Shown here piece after piece: positions 12,989 through 23,034 of a stretch of DNA of 64,000 nt. The DNA is from Neodothiora populina. Taxonomy: Eukaryota. The position numbers and the translations under genes were made by a program. Location: the NCBI RefSeq assembly GCF_041146345.1, contig NW_027191414.1:806001-870000 (forward strand), given 5' to 3'. Numbering within the stretch: the stretch's first letter is position 1; each line of letters starts with the position of its first letter. Under the pieces are notes generated by a model. It had not been told where the DNA came from. It saw nothing but the letters and a program-made list of their open reading frames with translations, and did no database searches.

Positions 12989-13786
12989 ATGCGCCGCGCC
13001 GCCTTAAAAGTAGCTCCCAGCAGAGCATCCCGTCGCGCCCGCCTGGCCGCCACACCCCCACGTCCCTCCCACGCACCAACAGACCAAGAGCTCGCGGACA
13101 AGCTCTTCACAGTGCGGCAGGAAGAGCTGCTCGCTCTGTACAAGCTGCGTCTGACCTGCAATGTCTTCATCCGGCAAGTCGAGGTCATGGGCGCTCCGTT
13201 TCGCGCCCTGCCGGATCCTCAGGCTGTCTTGAGCGCAACGTCGTCATCGTCGTCGCTGGCCGGCCAGTACATCTGCACGCACAGACATGCCGTGGCCGCA
13301 AAGACGCTCGAGAGTATCAAGAATCTGGTCAAACAAGCACGGGATATCCAAGAGCACTGCAAGGATCTCGAGGGCGAGGAGCCTCCGGCGCTAGAACACG
13401 AAAGTGATCATGCCGGGCCCCACGACTTTGTTACTCTGCAGCTCGAGGAACGCGTGCGCAGGCAGGAGATCAAGAATAAGATGAAGATCATGCAGGAGCG
13501 GGTCAATCACATCAACAAGGCCGCGGATATTGCTAGAGATGAAAGTGTGGGAAGGGCTTATCAATACCTAGCTCGGTTCGACCTGGGTTTCGTTCCGGAT
13601 ACCGAGTCTTCTTCTGCACGAGAAGTTGCAGTGTCGTCGTCGTCGCCTGCTCCACCTGGCCGAGACACTCATGCCGAACCTGCGTCCTCGTCGAAATTCA
13701 AGGTCACTAGCGGCTGGGACGAACTACAGAAAGAGGCAGGCAGACAGCTTAAGGCTGATGCTGCTCCTCGAAAGACGACACGATGA
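12989..13786 (+). CDS. Hypothetical protein, ~265 aa, likely coiled-coil
   Basis: Long ORF with C/G-ending codon bias, first ATG at 12989, between two minus-strand genes; no family recognised. Confidence 0.55.
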   Translation: MRRAALKVAPSRASRRARLAATPPRPSHAPTDQELADKLFTVRQEELLALYKLRLTCNVFIRQVEVMGAPFRALPDPQAVLSATSSSSSLAGQYICTHRHAVAAKTLESIKNLVKQARDIQEHCKDLEGEEPPALEHESDHAGPHDFVTLQLEERVRRQEIKNKMKIMQERVNHINKAADIARDESVGRAYQYLARFDLGFVPDTESSSAREVAVSSSSPAPPGRDTHAEPASSSKFKVTSGWDELQKEAGRQLKADAAPRKTTR

Positions 13787-14325
13787 GCAAGGACAATGTG
13801 CACACAAAGGCCGTGTCTGGCAAATGGCAATGTAGTGTAACTAAGCATTACTGGTCGACTCGACATCTCTGCGGTAAAGCTACCTCTGGTAAATTACAGA
13901 CTGGCACTTGTCGACCGATGGTCTCAGACCAACTTCTCAAATGAATCATGACCCCCAACAAAAACATCCTCTGTAAATTTGTTTTCTGCTTTTCCATGTA
14001 CCACTAAGGTAGTTTTCTCAATCTCAGTCAATGCGCAAAGTGCGCGGCGGCAAACTACGTCGAGCTTGTGGATCCCATCAACGACCCCCAGACGGTCTGT
14101 CAGATAATCAATGACACCCGAAACAAAATCTTCGCAATCTCTCTTTTTGTCTTTTCCGTGTATCGTCGTCATTTGCCGAAGCAATCTTTGTCAATTTTGG
14201 GAGGCCGAGGAAGCTTGACTCGTGAAGCTTGTGTACCCTTCGACTCGATAGTATGTTGATGCAGTCCTGAAGCAGAGCAATGTGGCCAGCTCATGAGACA
14301 TCTTTGCAAAAGTATGCCTGAGACC

Positions 14326-15467
14326 TCATGATGGCTTTGGCAAGTTCTCTTTGTCGCCTCCTCTCTCGAGCCACTCTGGTAGGATAAGCTTGTCCTTCTC
14401 CGCGTAGAGACTCTTGTACGCATTGCGAATCGTGCTGTCGCTGACCTTAGCGGCTTCGCTGATCTGCTTCGGTGTTCGTCCCTGTCCCATCAGGTAACTA
14501 GCCATGTAGATGCAAGCAGCTGCACCAGACAGAGGTGAACGGCCAGCAAGTGCGCCGACATTAGCCATCTGTCCGGCAAGGTCAATGGCCACGTTGGTGC
14601 AACGCTGATCCAGGCCGAGGGCACTACAGAAACGAGCGCAGAGCTCTCCAGGATTGGTGGTCGAAGTGGCCTGGTAAGTCTCGTTCATGGCAACCACGCC
14701 TTGAGCACGCAGATTAACATCACTATCATATGTATACACGCATCGTAAGACTTACCATTTGCGATGACCTTTGTGCTGCCCGCCTTGTGCTTGTCTTGCG
14801 TCATGAGGAATTTCTCCAGAAGCTTGAACACCCTCCCAATCTCCTTCTTGGACACGTGCGTCATGTCGAAGATTTCGCGAAAGGTACGAGGCACGTTGTT
14901 GCGACGGCAGGATATGAAGATGCATCCAGCGATGACTGCCTCTTGCGACTTGCCTTTGAAAAGCTTGGACTCCTCTGCGTCCTTGTAGATGTGCTTTGCG
15001 CCATCTGAGACGATCTGCGGGAGGTGGTAGGAGTCACAGTATGCACCAATCTGCTTGAATGCCTGCAGCAGATTCTTGTTGCCCTTGTCAGCAGTTGCCT
15101 TGTTCTGAGCGCGATGCAAATCCTTGCTGCGCATCGAACCGTCACCAAAGGCGATGTTGGTCTGCAGCTGGTTGCCGTTCAGGAGCAGATTAGGCGCATC
15201 ACCGACACGGGATGGATCATCGTTGCCCTGATCGTCGTTGGCAAAGGTGCGCCATTCGGCACGCAGGTCGATACCGCGCTGCGAGAGGACAATGCCACAA
15301 GATTCGCAGATGACATCTCCGGCACGAGTGTCTTCAACGAGGTTTGGGGGGTCTTCTCTGCATTCGGGACACATCATGCGCACATTAAGATTCTGCTCCC
15401 AGTCGGGAGCAACCTCAGGTTGAGGCTCGGGCTCGGGAATCGCCCCAGGGGAAAGGAACGGTACCAT
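14326..15467 (-). CDS. SUA7: General transcription factor TFIIB, ~361 aa, 2 exons (15467-14756, 14699-14326)
   Basis: Zn ribbon CPEC...CESCG, B-reader EWRTFANDD...DPSRVG and two cyclin-fold repeats (GRSPLSGAAACIY); intron 14700-14755 GTAAGT...AAG. Confidence 0.95.
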
Positions 15468-16271
15468 TTTTGGTTTGTTCGAATTGTTAATGGAAATCTT
15501 TCTCTTCTCTTGCAGGAAGCGAGAGCTGGATCTTTTCTTGATCGATTTAGCAGTGACTCTGAGGTCGTGTTTCTTAGCGCAGCAACGGATGAAGAGCGGC
15601 GAATACAGTTTGCCGGTGTTCTTCGGTCGCGACAGAAATCAGACTGAATAAGTCAAGTCTGGTGGGTAACCAGCGACTGATGAGGCACGAGTGATTAGTA
15701 AGGTACGATTTCAGTCAACGCAAAGGAGGGTCAAATTATGAGGTAAGTGGTATGGCGAGCGCTATGTACGAGGGTAGAGAGAAATGATTAAGGCGAGAGG
15801 GCGACAAATCAAGTCGGACAGATTGCGACACTCACCCAAACGTCAAGTGGCGCGAAGAAATTGTCACAGGAGTCTGGGGAGAAAAGAGCGGCGTCGATGA
15901 GATGGTTGCACGTCTGCGTATAATCTGCGTATGCGAAGATAGGCAGAATGAAGCGATGAAGAGCTCGAATTGTCGAAATCACACGCTGAACCGTCAAGCC
16001 AGTGAAGGCGTCCGTGGAAGAAGAGCAGACGGATGCCTTGCTCGTCACAGAAAGGTTTGGGCGTAGAAGATGCTAACTCGAGGATGGGCAACAACTGCTG
16101 ATGGTGGCCTCTGCGTCGTCTTCTGCTTGTTATACAGATGTCGTCTGCTGAGGGTACCAGGATGAGCAGTTGGCGGCGAGTGGGTTGCAGAAGTGAATGT
16201 GGCTGGTCCAGGTAAGCACAATGATATGTGGTTGAAGTCTTCGATCACATTCCCTTGCGGGCGTCCCTGCT

Positions 16272-16280
16272 TCACGTGAC
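16272..16280. promoter_or_regulatory. TCACGTGAC E-box (Cbf1/bHLH-type) in the divergent SUA7/ATP14 promoter
   Basis: Perfect CACGTG core with TCACGTGAC flanks between head-to-head genes; function is inferred. Confidence 0.35.
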
Positions 16281-16446
16281 CGGACCTTCCTTTCCAAGAC
16301 TTCCAAGATTGTTGCACGGGACATACCGCGTGGAAGTCGGTGGTCCGAGCGTCAACTCTTCCGGTGCAGCAACTTCAACACCAGCAGCGGGCGCGCAGCA
16401 TAGCAGAGAGCAGCTTTGATATCCATTGCCAAATCACGCCGCAAAC

Positions 16447-16946
16447 ATGCTCGCTCAATCAATCAGGGCCTCGGTATGCTTCTCGAGAGCTTGCAGTTTT
16501 TATTGCGACCCAGTTGACTAACACTCCACAGCGCCAGTCTCTTGCCCGTGTGGCCCGGCTCCAGAACGGCATGACCTTCCGCCGCACTTTCATCACTCCC
16601 TCCGCTGTCCGTCAAGGTATACAAAGAGCCTCAGCCGTCTGTCATGATCGCATGGACTATTTCTAACACATCTCTGCTAGCCGACTTGGTTCAAGACCTC
16701 TACCTGAAGGAGCTCAAGGCCTATAAGACCCCCGCCGTCAAGCCCTCTGACGCCGAGGCCCACGTCCAGACCTTCTCCATTCCTAAGGCTCCTGCATCCC
16801 CCGAGGAGGCCGACATTGCCAGCGAGCTCTCCGCCTACGAGAGCCAGGTTCCTGAGGTTGAGGGTCAGGCCGAGGGCGGCGCTGCTGCCCCTGCTGAGGA
16901 CTGGTTCGACGAGTCCATCTTCGAGGAGGGTGATGCTCACCACTAG
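16447..16946 (+). CDS. ATP14: Mitochondrial ATP synthase subunit h, 125 aa, 3 exons (16447-16473, 16532-16616, 16681-16946)
   Basis: Presequence MLAQSIRASRQSLARVAR..., then ADLVQDLYLKELKAYK and an acidic C-terminus with EDWF; canonical introns with ACTAAC/CTAAC branch sites. Confidence 0.92.
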
Positions 16947-18391
16947 AGAAAATGTATACCGCATCTATGTACAACAACCTCTCGAAAGTCGCCTAGAATC
17001 AAGATCCGAAAACGGCTAGATTGATTGGTTTTCATTCAACAGTGTTCTGTCCGAGTCCCCGTTCCGCATCTCTCCCGAACAGTTACCTCTCATGTAACCG
17101 AGGAATGCCTCCAGCGCGGTGTACATAACCTGTGTCTTGCTATACATCTTGAAAACTTATCTGACTGCACGAGCGGAACCTCCCTCATATGATCTGCGGT
17201 CAGCAGATTTCTATCATCTGTTGGAGGCTAGATGCCTGCTATCCTGTGTCGACATATTGCACCAAATTCGGCCAGCTCGGGATTACTGTAAGCCTCGAAA
17301 GAACGTGAGTTGTATGCATAATTGCCATACCTGGGGTGTTACCCATTCCTTGTTCACTCGCCTGGCCGGGCCTGACCAATCAACCGTAGACTTCGTGTGT
17401 GAATTGAGCAACAATGCTCATAGGCCCCGGCTTCGGCAGGCCATTCGCTTCGAATGGATCCTCCGCAAAGTTCAAGGTAGGTGAGCTCGCGAAGTGACAC
17501 TTGGATACTACTCGGCTACTCTCGCGTAGGACATTCCGGCGGTTCTGTGATGAGTGTACTGCTTCCCAACAGCCGCATTTCTCTTGGTCCGTTGGTGACT
17601 GTGGCGTCGCTGCAGTCCGGTCCCCGAGCGCTCGTGCATGGATTGAGTGAGGCCGAGGAGTCGGGTCGCCTGTGGTCACGCAGAGCTCTATAATGGAGTC
17701 CAACCACTGACAGCGCTCCCGTCTTAAGTGACTCTGATTGACTCATGATCATACCGGGAGGCTTCTCAGAAGTTCTCGTGTATAGGGGAGGACTCAAATA
17801 CTCTCTTTACTCGACTTAGTCAGTAACCCATACTGAAGCGTCCGCTACAAGATCGTCTACGATCTAAGCCCGAAGGCTGCCTTTGACCTTGCCGCTTGAT
17901 CTGATCTCAGCTCCATAGTCAATGGCAAAGGAATACAGAGCAGCTTGAAACACGGATGGTTGATTCACTAAAGAGTCTTAATGCGCAGGCCAAGGAGTCG
18001 TGCCCGTCTGACTTCCTCGTGTAACGTTAGCTGATTCACGCTCATCCGAGGCGATATAGAAGTCGCCGGGCAGATATGAACAAATGTCCAAAATCAGAGA
18101 TTCGATAATCATATAGCTCAAGATATGTGATATCTGTGGTCCCGTAACTCCACAATCCAGCAGCACTGGTAAGGCCTGACACAAGTAAAGTCTGCGACCC
18201 TGAGACGCCGACTCGGGCTCAATACTTGTAGCATATTCGCGCTAGCATCAATGCCAAGAGTTCTAGCGCGCACGGAGCGGCGCCGACAATTCACAAATGC
18301 AATCTTGGATTTTCGCTGAGGATTTCTCTTCCTTCTTCCAGCAGCACGACGACCACCGACCAATCGACAACCCAGCTCGACAACTTTCGCA

Positions 18392-19770
18392 ATGGCTCCT
18401 ACCAACGTCAAGACGTATGTGTCTTGTCCTGCATCTATAATCTCTTCATCGTAGAGGATTGTAGACACAGTCGGTTCGCTCGCTGGAGACGCTGTCCGTC
18501 AGCGCCAGCTCGATACACTTTCGGTCGCAGTCCTCTTGTTGTCAAGCGTAAAGCCTGCCACATTAGAATGTGCCTCCGGGGAGTCCAAACCGAGAGGACT
18601 TGATTGTCTCTTTACTCGTTTGATGACGCCGCAAAACAAGAGAGAAGTCTTGAGTGAAAACTCGTGCAGACTTTTTCTTTTGCTTGCGAGTGTATTTTTG
18701 GACTTTGATCCTGACATGGCTGAAATGCCACGTCAGACATCTAGTTCATCTCCAACCGAGAATGCCGCTGTGCTGCAATTCTCCGCCTGGAGGAATCAAT
18801 CCGTCAACCTGACTGTGCTAATCCTCTCCTTACAGTTCGGTCCCTTTGGCCTCTGAGGTCGTCCCTGAGTCACTCCTCAAGAAGAGAAAGTCCCAGGAGA
18901 AGGCTCGTGAGGCTCGTGCCGCCGACCTCCAGAAGAAGCGCACTGTAGGTCTACCTTCCACGCTGGCTCTGTGATGCAGTTAGTTGGTTCGATGATGATA
19001 TTACCCACACAATGGACTAGACCCTCGGGTCGATGATGTCTCTTGTTAACCATCTTTCGGGACTGAAAACCAGCCAACTGTATCACATCGTCATGCCATC
19101 ACATTGATCTTCTATATGGAGCATTGCTGACATCTGTCCACAGGCCAACAAGGAGAAGCGCCAGGTCATCTTCAAGCGCGCCGAGTCCTACGTGAAGGAG
19201 TACCGTGACGCAGAGCGCGAGAAGATCCGCCTTGCCCGTGTCGCCAAGCAGGAGGGTTCTTACTACGTCCCTGCTGAGCCTAAGCTCGCCTTCGTTGTCC
19301 GTATCAAGGGTATCAACAAGATCGACCCCAAGAAGCGCAAGACCCTCCAACTCCTCCGTCTTCTTCAGATCAACAACGGTGTTTTCGTCCGTCTGACCAA
19401 GGCCACCATTGAGATGCTCAAGATCGTCGAGCCTTTCATCGCTTACGGTTACCCCAACCTTAAGTCCGTCCGCGAGCTTGTCTACAAGCGCGGTTACGGA
19501 AAGGTCAACAAGCAGCGCATTCCTCTCACTGACAACGCCATCATTGAGGAGAACCTCGGCCAGTACGGCATTGTCTGCATGGAGGACCTTATTCACGAGC
19601 TCTACACCGTCGGCCCCAACTTCAAGCAGGCCTCCAACTTCTGCTGGCCCTTCAAGCTCTCCAACCCCACTGGTGGTTTCCGCACTCGCAAGTTCAAGCA
19701 CTTCGTCGAGGGTGGTGACCTCGGTAACCGCGAGGACAAGATCAACGCTCTCATCAGACAGATGAACTAA
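18392..19770 (+). CDS. RPL7: 60S ribosomal protein L7 (uL30), 252 aa, 3 exons (18392-18414, 18836-18944, 19144-19770)
   Basis: [45 protein letters not shown] and [18 protein letters not shown]; strong codon bias; introns of 421 and 199 nt. Confidence 0.97.
18555..18740 (+). ncRNA. Putative structured RNA element in RPL7 intron 1
   Basis: Nested stems found by eye (see findings), a GAAA tetraloop hairpin, and TGATGA and CTGA motifs. Confidence 0.5.
18987..19070 (+). ncRNA. Box C/D snoRNA in RPL7 intron 2, snR39B-type guide for LSU rRNA 2'-O-methylation
   Basis: C box ATGATGA 18992-18998, D box CTGA 19063-19066, guide ACCATCTTTCGGG (19049-19061) complementary to conserved LSU rRNA CCCGAAAGAUGGU; flanking inverted repeat GTGATGCAGTTAGTTGGTT / AACCAGCCAACTGTATCAC. 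Confidence 0.9.
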
Positions 19771-20463
19771 GCGTCGGGTCAGCTCAAATGTGGTCATCGG
19801 TTTGTGGTTGGGATAGCACGGCGTAAGGGAAAGGCATTGCATTCGGATTTTTATGACACCCCAAATTCATGTAGCTGTCGCAGATGTATAATCGCGGCTC
19901 ATGTCAAAAGCTCTCAAAATCTTTTCAATGTCCTCCATTCTTATTAACGTCGTCTCCATCGTCACGTGCCACTTTGATCACAGTGCAATGAGATAGTTGT
20001 GACCATGTGCTTTCTGCATCGAATAACGCTGAACCAGAGTAGAAAGTGTCGACTTGACTGCCCCGTTCTTGTTGCTGCCTGAAATACTTGTTCATTCTGC
20101 AGCGTGCAACCATGTACCTTGCGACATATTACTATACTTGCGACCTAGAACAACGGAACTCGCCTCTTAAGGTTAGATGCTCTCGTTCCTGCCTCACTTG
20201 CGGTACAACCAACACCACTTCTAACGTCAAGAAGTCGCGACAACTTGGCGTGGCTTATGGTGCTACCGCTGCCCACATCAAATCTTTCCACTTCACAAGC
20301 TGTTGTGGAGGATGGTCTCACGTCCTAATGTACTGACCCTTCTGTGACAGCTCATACTTCACGTAGGAGAGGACGTAATTCGAGAGAGAAAATAATTGAT
20401 TTGCGTGTCCAGTGTACCAACCTTGCCGGGCTCTATGGTAAACGCCTAGAAGTCCCAACACGA

Positions 20464-22404
20464 TCACCAGCCGTACTTCTCGACCGATACATTGACGTCT
20501 AGACCCTGCCACGCAAGACGTGCACACGCGTTTCTAGCAGTGCGGTTCATTGAGTCCGGTCCCGAGACGACAACGCCAACTTTCGAGGCAGATGTCTGAC
20601 AGTCTGTTGTCGTCAATAGTGCCTGCAGCAGAGCTTCAACGTCGGGTTGTCCTGCTTTGCGTGTAGGTGGAGGGATCACGACGGCGAGACCTTGGTGCTT
20701 CAGCTCGTCGAGTCTCTCCTGTCCGATCCAGTCGACATGTGTTGCGTCGTGAACGATCCAGATCAGCGTGACACGTCGAGGGCTGTTGCTTGACTTGGTA
20801 TGGTGGTTGAAGAGTAAGTCCCATAGTAATGGGTATGCTACGGCTATACCTGTTCCTCCTGCCACTACGGCGGCATGCTCGCTTGCTCTTAGCATTTCCA
20901 GAGCGTGCAGGGAGCCATACGGGCCATCTACGCGCACATCGGCTGATCGATGTGATTGTGCGTAACGGAGAAACTCGCGGGAGAAGCCGTCGTGAGCACG
21001 TATCACGAAGTTCAACCATGCGTGGGTCGATTGCTCACCGCTGCTTGTTTCTGGCGCAGCGGAGGCGATGGTAAAAGGGTGGGCTTGGATGATGTGTTTT
21101 CGTGAAAGTGCTGGGACTGTGAGGAATACGTGTTCGCTTGGTTGCCAGCCGTTCCTGATATCGAACCTTCGACGCCACCAAGATATCTGCTTGGTGATGG
21201 ACCAATCCGATGAGAGTAGCACAGTCTCGCCGTCTTCCATGATGCTGAGATCAGCTACCATAGTGCGAGTCTTGAGACCGAGGCGGCAAACGACTCGATC
21301 GATTGCGAAAATCCCCAGCGCTATCCCTACGTACAGGCGAGTTGCTGGATGGTGGAAGAACAAGAACCCGAGCGCAGCCACTTGAAGGAAAACGTGCAGA
21401 GCAAGGAACAGTTCGTAGAATCGTTGCCTGAGACTTCCCAGCGACGTGAGATATAGTGCCTCGTACGCGATAAAAGCCCCAATGCCCAGCCATACTAGGG
21501 GAATCGCCAGGAACCTCCAGAAGCTGACATGCTCCGAGAGGAGAGTGTACCATGTGGTTACCATGCCGGCTGCATGTACCAATGCGACGAAACACATCCA
21601 CTCTCCCAGTCTACGATGTATTATATTCAGTCGCTCATAGGAATGACCGGTCAGCCACTTTATCGGTTGGTTCTTTGCGGCGCATAGATATAGTAACGGG
21701 AGGTTTGCAACGAAGAGTAAGCCGGCCCGGTCTGCCAGGACGAATGCGAAGGAGATGACCAGAGGTACTCGGAACAGAAGGTAGAAGATGTTAAGCCCAA
21801 TGAAGAGCAGCACGGCCACGCTGGTCGCGTTAGAAGGTAGAGTCTTGTTGATGACCGGGATATTTGGAGGCTGGTACATCATCCATGATCTTAGCATGAG
21901 AGCAAGAGATCGAGATCTCTGCCGAGGAGCAGTATTGATGAGAGGAGAAGTTTCATCTTCATCCTTTCGCCTTTCTGCTTGCGTGGGCGAGGTCAAAGTA
22001 CTGCTACTGCTGCTGCTGCCACTCGAGGTCGGGGCTGATATTGCAACAGCATTCGTATCCCCGACATCCGATATCTTGCTTCCATTCTGTTCCGTTGCCA
22101 GATTGCGGGTGTGGGAGACTCTTCGGCCCCAGTGCACAGCGGTCAGACACAGTAGTATCAAACACAAAACTACGTTATATGTAACGATGAACCGGCGGGA
22201 GAACAAGACTCCCTGGACGACCTTCGCCCTCCGTTCAGACTCTGCAGCGTCCTGGGTTCCGAAGCCGGATGTGTCGACAGAGGCTATTGTCACGACGTCC
22301 ATCGCGACGTTTGCACTTGCTTGTCGAACAGAACGTATCGAAGCACTTGCAGACGATGGTATTGACATATATTTCAGTGATACATTGTCATCTTGTCTTA
22401 TCAT
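20464..22404 (-). CDS. Ferric reductase-like transmembrane oxidoreductase (FRE/NOX superfamily)
   Basis: Heme-ligand histidines (IIHRRLG...LVH; ALH...FFHH), FAD-binding HPFT, NADPH-binding DGPYG, VAGGTGI, VVSGP and terminal EKYGW; start codon uncertain (22404 or a later ATG). Confidence 0.88.
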   Translation of the reverse strand: MIRQDDNVSLKYMSIPSSASASIRSVRQASANVAMDVVTIASVDTSGFGTQDAAESERRAKVVQGVLFSRRFIVTYNVVLCLILLCLTAVHWGRRVSHTRNLATEQNGSKISDVGDTNAVAISAPTSSGSSSSSSTLTSPTQAERRKDEDETSPLINTAPRQRSRSLALMLRSWMMYQPPNIPVINKTLPSNATSVAVLLFIGLNIFYLLFRVPLVISFAFVLADRAGLLFVANLPLLYLCAAKNQPIKWLTGHSYERLNIIHRRLGEWMCFVALVHAAGMVTTWYTLLSEHVSFWRFLAIPLVWLGIGAFIAYEALYLTSLGSLRQRFYELFLALHVFLQVAALGFLFFHHPATRLYVGIALGIFAIDRVVCRLGLKTRTMVADLSIMEDGETVLLSSDWSITKQISWWRRRFDIRNGWQPSEHVFLTVPALSRKHIIQAHPFTIASAAPETSSGEQSTHAWLNFVIRAHDGFSREFLRYAQSHRSADVRVDGPYGSLHALEMLRASEHAAVVAGGTGIAVAYPLLWDLLFNHHTKSSNSPRRVTLIWIVHDATHVDWIGQERLDELKHQGLAVVIPPPTRKAGQPDVEALLQALLTTTDCQTSASKVGVVVSGPDSMNRTARNACARLAWQGLDVNVSVEKYGW

Positions 22405-23034
22405 CGATCTAGTGATCTGCGGGGACCCGGTTGGAAGGACGTGGGGGCGTTTAGTAAGTTGGTGACATACCACACTCGGTTTTGAGGTCGTACCCCCACG
22501 ACTCCCCTTATTTCAGGCAGCAGAGTAAACACAAGTACGATGCAGCTATATTTGATAAGAGATCCTGAACATCTGCGATTCGACAAAGGCAGGCAAGGCA
22601 TGCAAGAGATAAAGCATATCAGGCGGTTCTATCCTTGCAAAACATGTGATGGCTGTGTCGTCTACCAGACACGTTCTATCTGCGTATGCATCACTCACTG
22701 AAATCAGGAGCTTACGGTATCTAGTCGTCTCCGATATCCTCATTTGAGCCTACCAAGACAGGAGATACCATGAGCAGTGATATCTCAAGTGGGGCTATGT
22801 AAACAACCCAGAGTATATGTGTACTCTGGTAGTTTGATCGAGCTTAACAGAGCAACCCTGACCACTCTTATCATTAAATAATAATACACCGTCTGTACGA
22901 CATAGGAACAGAGTCCAAGGGCTTGTGTATTACAGGTTCTTCCTTCATAGGTATGCCGTGGCCGTTTGCTTGATTCCTGTTCGCCATGGGCTCATCAATT
23001 ACCCTTGGTCTGATCAGCTGTTCCTCTGATCTGA

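Noticed and set aside
17050..18300. Several short ORFs between ATP14 and RPL7, possibly a decayed gene
   Set aside because: No consistent frame, splice model or recognisable motif
19099..19842. 247-aa antisense ORF over RPL7, and similar ones over eIF3c (11084-11881, 11418-12149), RPT5 (57163-57819) and the ABC transporter (58548-59351)
   Set aside because: Shadow ORFs produced by the strong codon bias of the real gene on the opposite strand
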